A stretch of DNA of 64,000 bases, from the NCBI GenBank assembly GCA_963805625.1, contig CAWDVE010000016.1, positions 256,001 to 320,000 on the forward strand, written 5' to 3'. The stretch is from an uncultured Candidatus Rokubacteria bacterium (GTDB taxonomy: Bacteria > Methylomirabilota > Methylomirabilia > Rokubacteriales > DASRDR01). The position numbers and the translations under genes are program-made. The notes under the pieces are model-generated. The model was not told the DNA's origin. It ran no database searches and saw only the letters and a list, made by a program, of their open reading frames with translations. Positions 51,789-61,572 of the stretch are shown one piece after another (the stretch's first letter is position 1; every line of letters starts with the position of its first letter).

Positions 51789-51978
51789 ACTCGGTTGACG
51801 ACGGCCGACGCTCTCGTGAGAGGCGAAGGAACGCCAGGAGAGCCTGGACAGGGGGTGGGAAGCAGGGCAGTCAGGAGTCGGGCCTGCTACGGAATGAGGT
51901 GGGGTGGAGTGTGGACTGGGATCGCGAGCGGTCTGACGGCGGGAAGGTCCCGGGGCGTGACGGCTGGTGGGGGCTGAC

Positions 51979-52110
51979 TCAGGCCGCTCGCCGGACGTAG
52001 CGATGATGCAGACACCGACTTCGGGACTCGAAACCACCGTGCCCATCGCCGGGCGCTCGATGGGCCTGGCGTCCGGCGGATCCTTCTCCAGTGAGAGGTG
52101 AGTTCGAACG
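51979..52110 (-). pseudogene. C-terminal remnant of an rve/integrase-core (IS3/IS481-like) transposase
   Basis: RTHLSLEKDPPDARPIERP..VVSSPEVG, then a frameshift to LHHRYVRRAA*. Confidence 0.75.
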
Positions 52111-52156
52111 CCATGACATTACGTCAAGGCACTGGGTACATAATGATAGTGACATG

Positions 52157-52495
52157 TCATCCCGCCGCCGGTCCCCCGAGGATGCCAAAGCCGCGGCCCT
52201 CCGCGTGAAGAAAGCCCACGCCGGGGCGCTGCGGGCCCGCGAGCAGCATCGTGCCTCGCAGGTCGAGGATCGAGCCACGGCGATCCGCGCCGAGGGAGAT
52301 CGTCCGGCGGCTGCCGGTGGCGTTCCACGAGCCTCCGAATTCCAGCCACTCACCGGCTGCTCCCTGCGGTTTCGGCCCCTCCGTCGCCGGCCCGCCGGCC
52401 GTCGCTGCAAGGGCCAGGGCGAGCAGTGCGTGACGCCACGACACGCCGCCGGGAAACCCTCGATCGTGCGACCGTGTCCGTGTGCGCAAGCCCAT
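52157..52495 (-). pseudogene. Truncated secreted hypothetical protein
   Basis: Signal-like HALLALALAA then EWLEFGGSWNATGSRRTISLG..RPGVGF; ends abruptly. Confidence 0.4.
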
Positions 52496-52945
52496 GGTTC
52501 GCTCAGGTGGTTGATGGCCCTGCCGGCCACTGCGATGGAGTTGGGGATTCCGATACCCAGGTGCGGCGCGAACTCCTTGACGTCGTGCGATCGTGCATTC
52601 CGTGCTCATGTCGTTTCCCTGGGATCGGGGGACGCCAGCGCCGCGCCGCCGGATGGTTGGAAGGTGTCAGGGTTCCCGTGCCGCGGGAACCCTGCCCTCA
52701 CGCGAGCAGCAGGATGGTGACCATGCCCCAGGTCGTGAGCAGGAACGTAGGCGCTCCAAAGCATGTTTCTTGTCTCCCCCACCGGCCTGGAGCGCCGGTG
52801 GCCGCAGTCTAGGACGCGGCGGAGCAGCCCGGCAATGGCGTCCCGGGGTCGGCGCAGGCGGCCCCGGAGGCTCCCTTGAGCCGGCGAACAGGTGGCGGAC
52901 AGGCGGGGACGACGGCGTCCCGTGGTGGGCGCCTTGCGCGGCAGG

Positions 52946-53330
52946 TCAGACGGCCGAGACCGCCTGCCCTGGCGGCGGCTCGGCGGCGAGCCCGAGCGCC
53001 GCGAGGAGCCGTCGCATCGCGTGCGGCTCCGTCACCGCCCCAGAATCCGGCGCGGGCCGCCGCAGCGCGGACAGACCCGGGCCTGGATCGCAAACACCCG
53101 GCGCAGGAGCTGGGCCGAGGGCCAGCGGCGCGGAACAGGCGTCGACGCCGCCCGCGCGTCGGCCGGCGCCGGCGGCGGGACGATCGCCGATCTCCAGCGG
53201 GCACGCGGGGCCAGGACGCCATGGTAGGCCGGCAACGGCCGGCGCGGCGGGGGGACGAGCGCGGCCAGCCGCTCCAGCGGATCGAGGAGCAGCGCGGTCG
53301 AGCCGTCACGCCATGGTCGGCGGAAGTGAG
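52946..53330 (-). pseudogene. IS91-family (Y2) transposase C-terminal remnant
   Basis: RPWRDGSTALLLDPL..RLAALVPPPR..YHGVLAP..LLRRVF..CPRCGG, then a frameshift to AVTEP..RRLLAALGL. Confidence 0.8.
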
Positions 53331-53372
53331 AGCAATGCTGCCCCCTGGGACTTGCCGGGCTGCTGCCCGGTA

Positions 53373-54011
53373 CTATGCGGTCCCGGGCCGGCTGGTTGGG
53401 TTGAGCGATTTGAAGGCGAACGCCGCCGCGGCCCCTCCCAGCAGTTCCGCAACGATGTAGAGCCACAAGTTGGACCACGGGAGCAGGCCCCGGATCGAGG
53501 CGCCGATGGCGACGGCCGGGTTGAAGGCCGCTCCCGACACCTGGCCGACGGCGAATGCGCCAGCCAGGACCGTGAAGCCGATAGCCAGACCGAAGTAGGA
53601 ATTCCCGTCTGTTGCGTCGGCTGTGGCCACGTTCAACACGACGTACACCAGCGCAAACGTGAAAAGGAACTCGGCCAGAAATACCCCAAATACGGTGGCA
53701 TGGAATGGACTCACGGGCGCGCCGCGAAGGGCGAAGCCGATGATCCAGGCCGCGCCGGCGGCACCGAGCAGTTGCGCCCCCCAGTATGGCAGCAGGTCCG
53801 AGGCAGGACACCGCCCCCGCAGGAACACCCCGAGCGTGACTGCCGGGTTGTAGTGGGCGCCCGAGATGTGGCCGCCCGCATAGATCATCGCCATCAGCAC
53901 GGCCCCTATGGCCAGCGGAGCAATCACGCCCGGAGCCGCTGCGAGCCCCGTGCAGCCGATTGTCAACACGAGAAAGAACGTCCCGATGAATTCCACGGCG
54001 TACTTACGCAT
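53373..54011 (-). CDS. MIP/aquaporin family channel
   Basis: EFIGTF, HISGAHYNPAVT and SGAAFNPAV (two NPA motifs). Confidence 0.95.
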   Translation of the reverse strand: MRKYAVEFIGTFFLVLTIGCTGLAAAPGVIAPLAIGAVLMAMIYAGGHISGAHYNPAVTLGVFLRGRCPASDLLPYWGAQLLGAAGAAWIIGFALRGAPVSPFHATVFGVFLAEFLFTFALVYVVLNVATADATDGNSYFGLAIGFTVLAGAFAVGQVSGAAFNPAVAIGASIRGLLPWSNLWLYIVAELLGGAAAAFAFKSLNPTSRPGTA

Positions 54012-54579
54012 GGCGCGTCCTTTCGTCCTGATCGGCGGACCTCTTGTTATCGTGCGCGGCCGACGACATCAGAATCCTAGGCGGTCCAAATCCTGTTTCC
54101 GCCCCCTCCCCGATCCCGCCGTCAGCCCAGCGGGCGCATTCCCAGGGTGGCCGGACTCTAGCGCGCGGCAGGCCGGTCCGACAAGGCCGGAGCGAGCCGG
54201 GGCGGCTTGGGGAGACGTAGTGAGAACCGGCTCCCACGGGTCGGCGGGCAGACTGGGACGGCGGCGGGAGGTGGACGCCGGGATCGACGGCGGGTCACGA
54301 GGCGGTGATCATGGCAAGCCTGCGCACCGTAGTGAGGCAGTTCGTCCTGGAACAACATCGCGAGGTCCTGAGTCTCACCCCCCGGGACTGTTGCCCCGTA
54401 TTGACAATTCCAGGGAGCGTCGCGGGGCGGGCGGCAGCGTGAGCGCAACGCGGAAGGCAAGTGCTTCGCCCACAAGCCAAAGCGCCCCCCGCAACCACGC
54501 TTCGTGGTATTAGCTCGAGAGCCGGACTCCGTTGGCGACCTTCTCCCCGTCGTCTGTCTTCGGATGCGGCGCGCTCACC

Positions 54580-55386
54580 CTAGGCTGCCCGCTGACGCAT
54601 GTGGACGTGCGCCTCGGCCGCAGGATACCCCGCCGCGCCGAAGGTCGCGCGAATCGACGCGTTGGTGTCGAAGTACACTTGCCAGTAGTGCGCGTTGTTG
54701 CAGTAGGGCCGCACGGCGAGGACCGGTCCCCGCTCAGTGAACGTCAAGATCTCGACGTCAGGCTTTGGCTCGGCGATCACGCTCGGAATCGTCGGCAACA
54801 CTGCCTTCAGGCGGCGGATCGCGTCAAGCGGATCCACACTGTGGTCGATCTGCGCCAGAAGCTCCACCCGGCGATACGGATTGCTGCTAAAGTTCTTGAT
54901 GGTTCCGCCCATGATCTTCGCGTTCCCGACCAGCGTCTGAACGTTGTCAGGGGTATCGATCGTGGTGCTGAACAAGCCGATCGCCCGCACGGCTCCCTCG
55001 ACGTCACCCGCCATGACGTAGTCGCCGACCTTGAATGGCCGGAGCACGAGGATGAAGGTCCCGGCAGCGAAATTGGACAGAAGCCCGCCCCAGGCCGCGC
55101 CAATCGCGACGCCGAGACCGGCCACTAGAGCGGCGAACGAGGTGGTCTCGATCCCGAAATAGCCTAGGAGCGCGACGACAAGAATGACGTTGAGCGCGAC
55201 GGTGACGACTGATCGAAGATAGCCGATGACCGTCGGCTCCACCTGTTTCCGCTCGAGCGCGCGCGTGAGGAGCCTGGCGGCAAGGCCGATCAGCTGGCGG
55301 CCGACGACGAAGGCGACAATCGCCCCCAGCACCTTGAGACCGAACACAATCAGAATGGGTCGGGCTGATTCAAGGATCTCGGGCAT
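54580..55386 (-). CDS. MscS-family mechanosensitive channel
   Basis: TTSFAALV..GVAIG..LSNFAAG..RPFKVGD..IGLFST motifs. Confidence 0.93.
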   Translation of the reverse strand: MPEILESARPILIVFGLKVLGAIVAFVVGRQLIGLAARLLTRALERKQVEPTVIGYLRSVVTVALNVILVVALLGYFGIETTSFAALVAGLGVAIGAAWGGLLSNFAAGTFILVLRPFKVGDYVMAGDVEGAVRAIGLFSTTIDTPDNVQTLVGNAKIMGGTIKNFSSNPYRRVELLAQIDHSVDPLDAIRRLKAVLPTIPSVIAEPKPDVEILTFTERGPVLAVRPYCNNAHYWQVYFDTNASIRATFGAAGYPAAEAHVHMRQRAA

Positions 55387-55639
55387 GTCCTGGGCTCCTC
55401 GTTGCGGGTGGTGGGTTGGACCTCGCGCCTCACTCCAACGGCACGGCCGATAGCCGGGCGGGAGCGAGCTTCATGTCGACTACCACGTCGAGTCGTCAAG
55501 CCATGTGCCACACAGATGCGCGACCTGCTCGACGCCTCGGCGCCGTATGCTTCGAGCTGTCCCCGCGGTGCTCTGTCCTCGCCCCGGGTCGAGCGCGCGG
55601 GCGGTTCGCCGGTGCACACGAGGGAACCGGTTACGTCGA

Positions 55640-55785
55640 CCCGAAGAAGTTGGCGGCCTAGTTCGTCGGTCTCGCCAGAGTGTCGCTCGCATTCGGCCTT
55701 GGCCTACGTTGGCTCCCGCCATCCGTCACCCCGGCTGTAACGTGAATCCCGCCGTGACGGTCGGCTTGTGGCCGGAGGGTCCGCA
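55640..55785 (+). pseudogene. Aquaporin Z N-terminal remnant
   Basis: KKLAA*FVG..VSLAFGL, then a frameshift to TLAPAIRH.GCNVNPAVTVGLW, resembling the AqpZ N-terminal half. Confidence 0.65.
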
Positions 55786-56330
55786 GACCTTAGGTTCCCA
55801 AGCGCGCTCTTGATCATGGCGCGCCTCCGGCCCGGGAGCCTGCCCGGGCGGGACTACGGTAGCGCACCTCAAGGCGCGGCGCGAGGCGAGTGGGCCGACT
55901 CGGGACGCCGAGGGCTGGCGCGGCGCGGCCCTCGGCTCGGCCGGCAGACCGAGGCGGCGGGGGGGTGGGGACGCCATGATGAGACATGTGATGGGATGGT
56001 GGTCGCGCGGCTGGGGCCAGCAGGGTCTGGAGGCGGCTCGGCCGCCAGCCTGAAGGCCGCGCGCAACAGCTACGAGTTCGGCGGCCAGGCCTCGCTGGCC
56101 GGATGTCGCCGTGAATCGTGTGCACCAGCGGGCGTGACAGGCGTAGGGTCATCCCCTACGGAATGAGATCGATCCAGTATGTGGTCCGCTCTGTGTAGCA
56201 CTCTGCAAATCCAGCCCTCGATTTGAACCAGCGACTCTTGAGGGGCTTGAGGTTTTAGTCCCGTCGTCTTTTCCGGGCCGATTGTGCTAGATGCCATTGA
56301 GTTCGTTGGCGAAAACGTGATCGCGGCTCA

Positions 56331-56351
56331 AACACGGGTTCGAATCCCGTT
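56331..56351 (+). other. Isolated tRNA T-arm fragment (att-like remnant, tRNA-Glu-like)
   Basis: aacACGGG-TTCGAAT-CCCGTt with no D-arm, anticodon arm or acceptor stem. Not derived from the tRNA-Thr. Confidence 0.6.
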
Positions 56352-56460
56352 AGCCGACGAGGCGAGCGCGGCGTAGAGCGAGAGGCTCGGATCGGCGCGC
56401 GTTGCGGCGCCGGATGGACAGAACCTCCGGTCGAGAGTTGACGCGCCGCACTACCGTTCG

Positions 56461-56550
56461 AAGCGGACAAGCGGACACCCTATAGGAAAGAACCTGTCCG
56501 TCCGGTTCGTACGGGACCACGAATGGGTCCCCGTACTCACGAACCGGACG
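56461..56550. repeat. Direct + inverted repeat cluster (origin-like)
   Basis: aagcggac x2; perfect 12-bp IR cgtccggttcgt/acgaaccggacg enclosing a second imperfect stem. Confidence 0.5.
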
Positions 56551-56605
56551 TGCGATCCGGATGTCCGGGCGGCCAGTTCGGCAGGCACGCGTCCGCCCTC
56601 CCTCC

Positions 56606-57085
56606 TCATCGGCTGGCGAGCGCCCACCGGCAGGGCCGAGTGCCGTCGACGAGGACCACGCGCCCCTCCTCGCGGAGGCGCCGCACGGCGCGGCCCACGG
56701 TGGCCCCGGGCGCGCCCATCTGCTCGGCGAGCTCGGCGACCGTGAGGGCGCCGGCGGCGAGGGCGACAGTGACGCGCTTGCTCACGCTCGTGCGGGCGAT
56801 GAGGTCCGGCGCCTCCGCGAGGTCGGCGTCCGCCACCGTGGCCGCGCTGCTGGACTCGAAGCGGAGACGCAGGCCGAACGAGAGCGCCCGGCGCCCGCCG
56901 TTGGATTTCCGGTGGTAGGCCGCGATCAGGAGCTCGTCGGGCCCGGCCTCCGCGGCGCGGCGGAGCTCCCAGGCGGAGCGCGCGAGGTTCCGGACGAACA
57001 CCGACCCGTAGGGGCGCGCGGCGCCGCTCAGCTGGTCGGCGGCGGCCTTGCTGACGTGCGCGAGCACGACCGCCGCCAGGAGCCG
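56606..57085 (-). pseudogene. RepA/AAA_25-type helicase C-terminal remnant with winged HTH
   Basis: VLAHVSK..PYGSVFVRNLARSAWEL..HRKSN and LTVAELAEQMG..TVGRAVRRL. Walker A region is absent. Confidence 0.65.
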
Positions 57086-57186
57086 GCGGCCGTCTGGGCC
57101 GACGAGGTCCTGAGCGCAGAGAGCGTCTCCCGGATTCGACGAGGGGTCGAGCATGCGGGCTCGACTCGCGCCGGCGCGGCCCCCGA

Positions 57187-58200
57187 TCACTCCGAAGCTT
57201 TTCGACGGTAGTCCGAAGGCGTCGAGCCGGTCCAGCGCTTGAAGGCGCGGTTGAAGACGCTGACCTCCGAGTAGCCGAGCAGGTAGGCGATGTCGGTGAA
57301 CGTGTTCTTCGGGTCCCGGAGGTAGCTGAGCGAGAAGCGCCGGCGCGTGTCGTCAACCAGTGCTTTGAAGTCCACGCCGTGCTCCCTGAGGCGCCGCTGC
57401 AGCGTGCGCGGGGTCATCGCGACCTTCCGCGCCACCCGGGTGAGCGTCGGGTTTCCATCGCGGATCGATTCGCCGACGATGCGGCGAACGGACGCGAGCA
57501 GGGCGTCCTCCCGCGGCATCTCTTTCAAAACCCCGTCGAGGTAGCGCTGGAGAACCGGGTAGAGCCGCTCGTCTGCCGCCGGGATCTGCCGCTCCAGGAA
57601 CGCGCGCTCGACGACGAAGGCATTGGTCGCGCAGCCGAAGGACACCGGCGCGCCGAAGATCCGGCCGTGCTCGGAGGTCTGGCGCGGCGCCTCGTGCGCG
57701 AACTGCACCTCGAGCGGGACCCACCCGCTCCCCACCATCAGGCGGAGCGTGTTCAGCCCGACGGTCATGCTGTACTCGTTGTGCTGGCGAGGGGCCTCGA
57801 TCGGCAGGTTGGCGAGCCGGTGCCGAACATACGCGAGCCGCCCCTCCATGCCGAGAGACACCTGCGCGGCCTCGTTGTGAACGCTCAGGTAGCGCCCGAT
57901 GTTCGTGAAGCCGTCCGCGATCGTCGGCGAGTTCAGCGCGACGTAGGTCAGGGGCCCGACGTCCTTGGGATTGTAGGCGGCGCCGAAGTGGAGGCCGAAG
58001 CAGTCATCGCCCGTGGTCCGGGCCGCCTCTTCGAGGATCCGGGTGAAGTCGGCGCAGGCGATGAACCCGTCGGGGCTGGCGAAGGCCGAGCGCTCCAGCC
58101 CGACCGAGCGCAGGATCTGGTCGGGATCTCCGCCGGCCTCTTCGATCGCCTCGATCAGCCCGGTCGCGGCGGAGAGAGCGATCAATGGTCTCTTGGGCAC
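57187..58200 (-). CDS. AraC-family regulator (Arabinose_bd_2/OruR-like)
   Basis: FGLHFG, MTPRTLQRRL and IAYLLGYSEVSVFNRAFKRWTG.TP motifs. Confidence 0.93.
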   Translation of the reverse strand: MPKRPLIALSAATGLIEAIEEAGGDPDQILRSVGLERSAFASPDGFIACADFTRILEEAARTTGDDCFGLHFGAAYNPKDVGPLTYVALNSPTIADGFTNIGRYLSVHNEAAQVSLGMEGRLAYVRHRLANLPIEAPRQHNEYSMTVGLNTLRLMVGSGWVPLEVQFAHEAPRQTSEHGRIFGAPVSFGCATNAFVVERAFLERQIPAADERLYPVLQRYLDGVLKEMPREDALLASVRRIVGESIRDGNPTLTRVARKVAMTPRTLQRRLREHGVDFKALVDDTRRRFSLSYLRDPKNTFTDIAYLLGYSEVSVFNRAFKRWTGSTPSDYRRKASE

Positions 58201-58235
58201 GACCCGAGTTCCCACATCGGCCCGAGCGGCGAGCC

Positions 58236-58271
58236 GGCCCAAGTGTCAAGCCGGCGACGCGCAATGTCAAG
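58236..58271 (+). promoter_or_regulatory. Putative AraC-type tandem binding sites
   Basis: TGTCAAG at 58244 and 58265 (21-bp period) just upstream of the regulator. Confidence 0.5.
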
Positions 58272-58551
58272 ACGAGGAGCGTCCGACAGACAAGGAGCGT
58301 CCGACACGCCTCGTGTCTACGGCGGAGAAGGCCGTCGCCGCTGCGCCCGGTCCCCACCACCAAGGCAACTCCCGCCTCACGGAGCACCCGTTGGCCGCCG
58401 CTTCCAGGTCCGGATGACGGTCGGGTAGATGTCCAACTCGCTGCTATCAAGTACGAGTCGATTCACGTGTCAAGGAATTGTCGTCGACTGCCAAGACAGC
58501 GTTGCCTGCGACGCACTAGTGTTACGTGGCGCCACGGGTGTTCCATCCACT

Positions 58552-58932
58552 ATGTCTGATGCCCGCCGTTTCCGGATGCTCCTGATCGACGACGATCAGA
58601 ACGTGCGAGAGGTGCTGGCGCAGCTGCTCGCCTCGTTCGGATACGAGTGTCAAACGGCCGGTGACGCCGTGAGCGGGCTGGGTCTCTTCGATAGGGGGGG
58701 CTGGGATCTGGTCCTCCTCGACATCGCCATGCCCGCAATGAGCGGGTGGACGGTCGTGGAGACGATCCGGCGACGCGACCCGCTCTTGCCCATCGTCCTC
58801 ATCACGGGGCTGAGCCAGCCCGCCGTGATGCGACGCGCTCGCGAGTGGCGGTTGCCGGTCCTCCTGAAGCCCTTTCGCTTTGAAACGGTCCAAACGATTG
58901 TGGCCACGGCCCTGCAACCGAAGTCCGCCTAG
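58552..58932 (+). CDS. Single-domain response regulator (REC)
   Basis: LLIDDD, DLVLLDIAMP.MSG, ITG and KPF motifs. Confidence 0.9.
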   Translation: MSDARRFRMLLIDDDQNVREVLAQLLASFGYECQTAGDAVSGLGLFDRGGWDLVLLDIAMPAMSGWTVVETIRRRDPLLPIVLITGLSQPAVMRRAREWRLPVLLKPFRFETVQTIVATALQPKSA

Positions 58933-59399
58933 CACCGGCTGAGTGATCCGCATTTCGTGCTCACGCGTGAGAGGTGATTGGACCAGCCCCAAGGCGGTGT
59001 CCGCCGCGCGGGGCTACGAGGACTTCCGGCGCGAGGGTCCATCGCCCAATATGGGACGGCGGGCTCCCAGCGCCGCAGCGGATTCGCCGTCTGGCCGGGC
59101 TCCCGGATCGGCACCAGCTGCCACCAGCCGTCGCCCACTGGCACCGGGAGGTACTCGGTCGAGCAGTCGCACCAGTCCGGAATCTGCAGCGTCTGGGGCG
59201 GCCGCCACCCATGCGGGCGGAGGTCCTCTGCGCGGAAGCGCATCGGGGCGACCTCGCGCCCACACGTCCAGCAGGCCAGCGTGGGCTGGCGTCGGCCGTG
59301 GGCGTCGAGCCAGGTCGGTAGTGTCACGGTGTCTGGCTTCTCATGGGCGGGCCGGTTGTGGACATTTTTGTCGCGCCTCACTGGACTCTTGCCACGCAC
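58929..59399 (-). CDS. Hypothetical Cys/Trp-rich protein (start uncertain)
   Basis: CWTCG..WCDC..EYLPVP..WWQLVP; plausible metal-binding motif. Confidence 0.45.
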   Translation of the reverse strand: MRGKSPVRRDKNVHNRPAHEKPDTVTLPTWLDAHGRRQPTLACWTCGREVAPMRFRAEDLRPHGWRPPQTLQIPDWCDCSTEYLPVPVGDGWWQLVPIREPGQTANPLRRWEPAVPYWAMDPRAGSPRSPARRTPPWGWSNHLSRVSTKCGSLSRC

Positions 59400-59563
59400 G
59401 CAGTCCGGGGCGCATCCTCAGCGAAACGTCGTCGGCATGGAAGAGTCTAGTTCAGTCAAGCCCCATGCTCCCTTAGGGGACTCCGCGCCCGCCGCGTTGG
59501 ATCTGGCATCGTCTTGCAAGCCTCAGTAAGCTCGACGACCAAAGGAGAGGAGAGACGTGGGCA

Positions 59564-59812
59564 ATGTGGCCAGCACCTCACACCGAGTCCTTCCTGACGA
59601 GCGTTGCGTGGCGGCGTGAGCGCGAATGGGTCCGTCGCCAACCGCTTGCCGTGGCCGAGGGCTATCTGCGAGCGCTCCGGTGTTTCGACCCGGCACCGCC
59701 CGATGCTTGGCCACGCGAGGTGGAGTTGCTGGTTCAATCGAAAGCAACGCAGTCTCGCCCATCACGGCAAGCAGCACGTGACGGGAGGATGATGCACCAC
59801 CGAACTGGCTAG
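59564..59812 (+). CDS. Hypothetical protein
   Basis: Purine-rich RBS upstream; converges on stub S1. Confidence 0.4.
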   Translation: MWPAPHTESFLTSVAWRREREWVRRQPLAVAEGYLRALRCFDPAPPDAWPREVELLVQSKATQSRPSRQAARDGRMMHHRTG

Positions 59813-59819
59813 TCCTGCG

Positions 59820-59878
59820 TCACTACTGGATGATCTCATCTGCCCGCGCCAGCACCGCCGGCGGGATCGTCAGGCCGA
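59820..59878 (-). repeat. ABC_sub_bind C-terminal stub S1
   Basis: Encodes GLTIPPAVLARADEIIQ**. Confidence 0.85.
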
Positions 59879-59879
59879 C

Positions 59880-60045
59880 ACCCCGGTCTGCAAGCCGACG
59901 CAGCCTTTCGCCTTCTCCGCCTGGTAGTACACCTCGCGCTCGTCGTGGAGGTATCCGGTGACATATCCGGTGGCGTGCGGGGTGCTGACGATCCGGTTCC
60001 GCAGTGTCAGCCGACCGGGCGCGGCGGAGTGAATAGGTGGGGAAA
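59880..60045 (-). pseudogene. NADH:flavin oxidoreductase (OYE-like) N-terminal fragment
   Basis: GRLTLRNRIVSTPHATGY..YYQAEKAKGCVGL. Confidence 0.7.
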
Positions 60046-60053
60046 GTGAGAAC

Positions 60054-60122
60054 TCATATTCGATCACCTCATCCGCCCGCGCCAGCACCGCGGGCGGGGT
60101 TCGTCAGGCCGAGCGCCTTCGT
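60054..60122 (-). repeat. ABC_sub_bind C-terminal stub S2
   Basis: Encodes KALGLT(1-nt indel)PPAVLARADEVIE. Confidence 0.85.
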
Positions 60123-60490
60123 GGACTCTTCGCTTTACCCTTCGCTTTCCGCTTGTCTACGGACTTGGAGGTGGGCGAAGGTGGAGCTGCCATCTTCCGA
60201 ACATCCAGCACGACATCGTGCCACCAATGCTCAGCGGGTGCGCTCTCTAGCCCTTCGAGTCGTTGGCGCGTCTCTGCGAATGTCGGATCATGGTGCCATC
60301 CATCCCAGTCCACGCGGGTCCTCCAGGTGCCAACGATCACTCGTTTATCTTCATTGTCGGCGGGGCGAAGGAGTTGTCCTCCTATCCAACCTGGTCGCGT
60401 CCTCGCGGCCGACAGACGCCTGCGCATGACGGCGTCCCAATCTCGTCCGGCTCCTGGCTTCAGGTGCACATGCGTCACGATTGTCTTCAT
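60104..60490 (-). CDS. Antibiotic biosynthesis monooxygenase (ABM) domain protein
   Basis: PGWIGGQLL..RVIVGTW..W..W..F pattern and GGAGG RBS. Its stop lies inside stub S2. Confidence 0.85.
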   Translation of the reverse strand: MKTIVTHVHLKPGAGRDWDAVMRRRLSAARTRPGWIGGQLLRPADNEDKRVIVGTWRTRVDWDGWHHDPTFAETRQRLEGLESAPAEHWWHDVVLDVRKMAAPPSPTSKSVDKRKAKGKAKSPRRRSA

Positions 60491-60529
60491 CGGGAAGCCT
60501 CCAGGCCCGCGAGTGGGCCGCTGTAAGTG

Positions 60530-60567
60530 TCACTCTATTACCTCGTACGCCCGCGCCAGCACCGCGC
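60530..60567 (-). repeat. ABC_sub_bind C-terminal stub S3
   Basis: Encodes AVLARAYEVIE*. Confidence 0.75.
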
Positions 60568-60720
60568 CCTGCGAGCCGATGACAAAGGCCTCCTCCTCTT
60601 CGAGCCCCCGACTGGCCCACTTCCATGCCCCCAGCAGGGCAAGCGATTCCGCGACCGTCGCCGCGATCCCCAGTGTGCGCCGCACGTGCGGAAAGAGGTG
60701 CAGTATGAAGCCTGAGCCTT

Positions 60721-61497
60721 CTGCCACGGGCTCTGGGGCGCGGTCAGTACCTCCCGGATTCCCATGCCCTTCACGCGGTGCCGAAACGCGTGACCGTAGA
60801 TCGTGTCGCGATCGCGGAGGAGGTAGGACGGCGCGGTGTCGTCCGGGAACGCGTCCACGATCTGCTGGGCGGTCCAGGCCGCGGTGGGATGCTCGGTGAC
60901 GTTGAAGTGGACCACCCGCCGCCGATGGTGGGCGAGCACGACGAGGACGAATAGCACGCGCAAGTGCGCGGTGGGCACCGTGAAGAAATCGATGGAGACG
61001 AGGTCCCGGACGTGGGTGGTGAGGAACGTGCGCCAGGTCTGCGACGGCGAGGGGCGCCGCGTTGGCATCAGCCGGGAGACGGTGCGCTCGGCCACGTCGA
61101 TGCCCAGCTTGAGCAGCTCGCCATGGATTCTGGGGGCACCCCATAGGGGATTGGCGGCGGCCATTTGGGCAACCAGCGCGCGGATTTCGGGGGCGACCGG
61201 CGGGCGGCCCACGACGGAGCGGCGGGAGCGCCGGGTCCAGTAGTCGCGGAACCGTCGCCGCGGCCAGCGCAGGACGGTGTCAGGGGGCGACGATGATTAA
61301 CGCCTGCGTCCAGCCTCTCCACAGCCTGGACAGCGCGACCCAAAAGAGCCGGTCGCCGCGGCGCAACCTCGGCCGGGCCACCGCCCTCCTGTACACGGTG
61401 AGCTGCTGGCGCAGGGCGAGGGTCTCGAGGGCGAGCTGGCGGTGGCCGCCGCAGAGGAACGGGAGAGTCGGAGCAGGTGGAGCAGCGTGCTGATCAT
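60721..61497 (-). pseudogene. rve/integrase-core (IS3/IS481-like) transposase, frameshifted and truncated at PQSPWQ
   Basis: LALETLALRQQL, DRLFWV, GRPP, NPLWGAPRIHGELLKLG, DFFTV and YLLRDRD motifs. Confidence 0.88.
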
Positions 61498-61548
61498 GAG
61501 ACGGCCATTGTCTCCGGATCAGAGCCGAGAGATCAACCACTTGGCCAG

Positions 61549-61572
61549 CGGATGGAGTTTTGGCGAAGAACA
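61549..61572. repeat. IS terminal inverted repeat (right)
   Basis: cggatggagttttggcgaagaaca, giving a 5'-TG end on the minus strand ~50 bp upstream of the transposase start. Confidence 0.75.

Noticed and set aside
56290-56360. Complete tRNA gene
   Set aside because: Only the T-arm is present; no D-arm, anticodon arm or acceptor stem.
59503-59519. TGGCATCGTCTTGCA as a sigma54 promoter
   Set aside because: GG-to-GC spacing is 9 nt rather than the required 10.
59820-60570. CRISPR array or integron attC sites
   Set aside because: Repeats are degenerate, unevenly spaced, protein-coding and not palindromic. No cas or intI gene is in the window.
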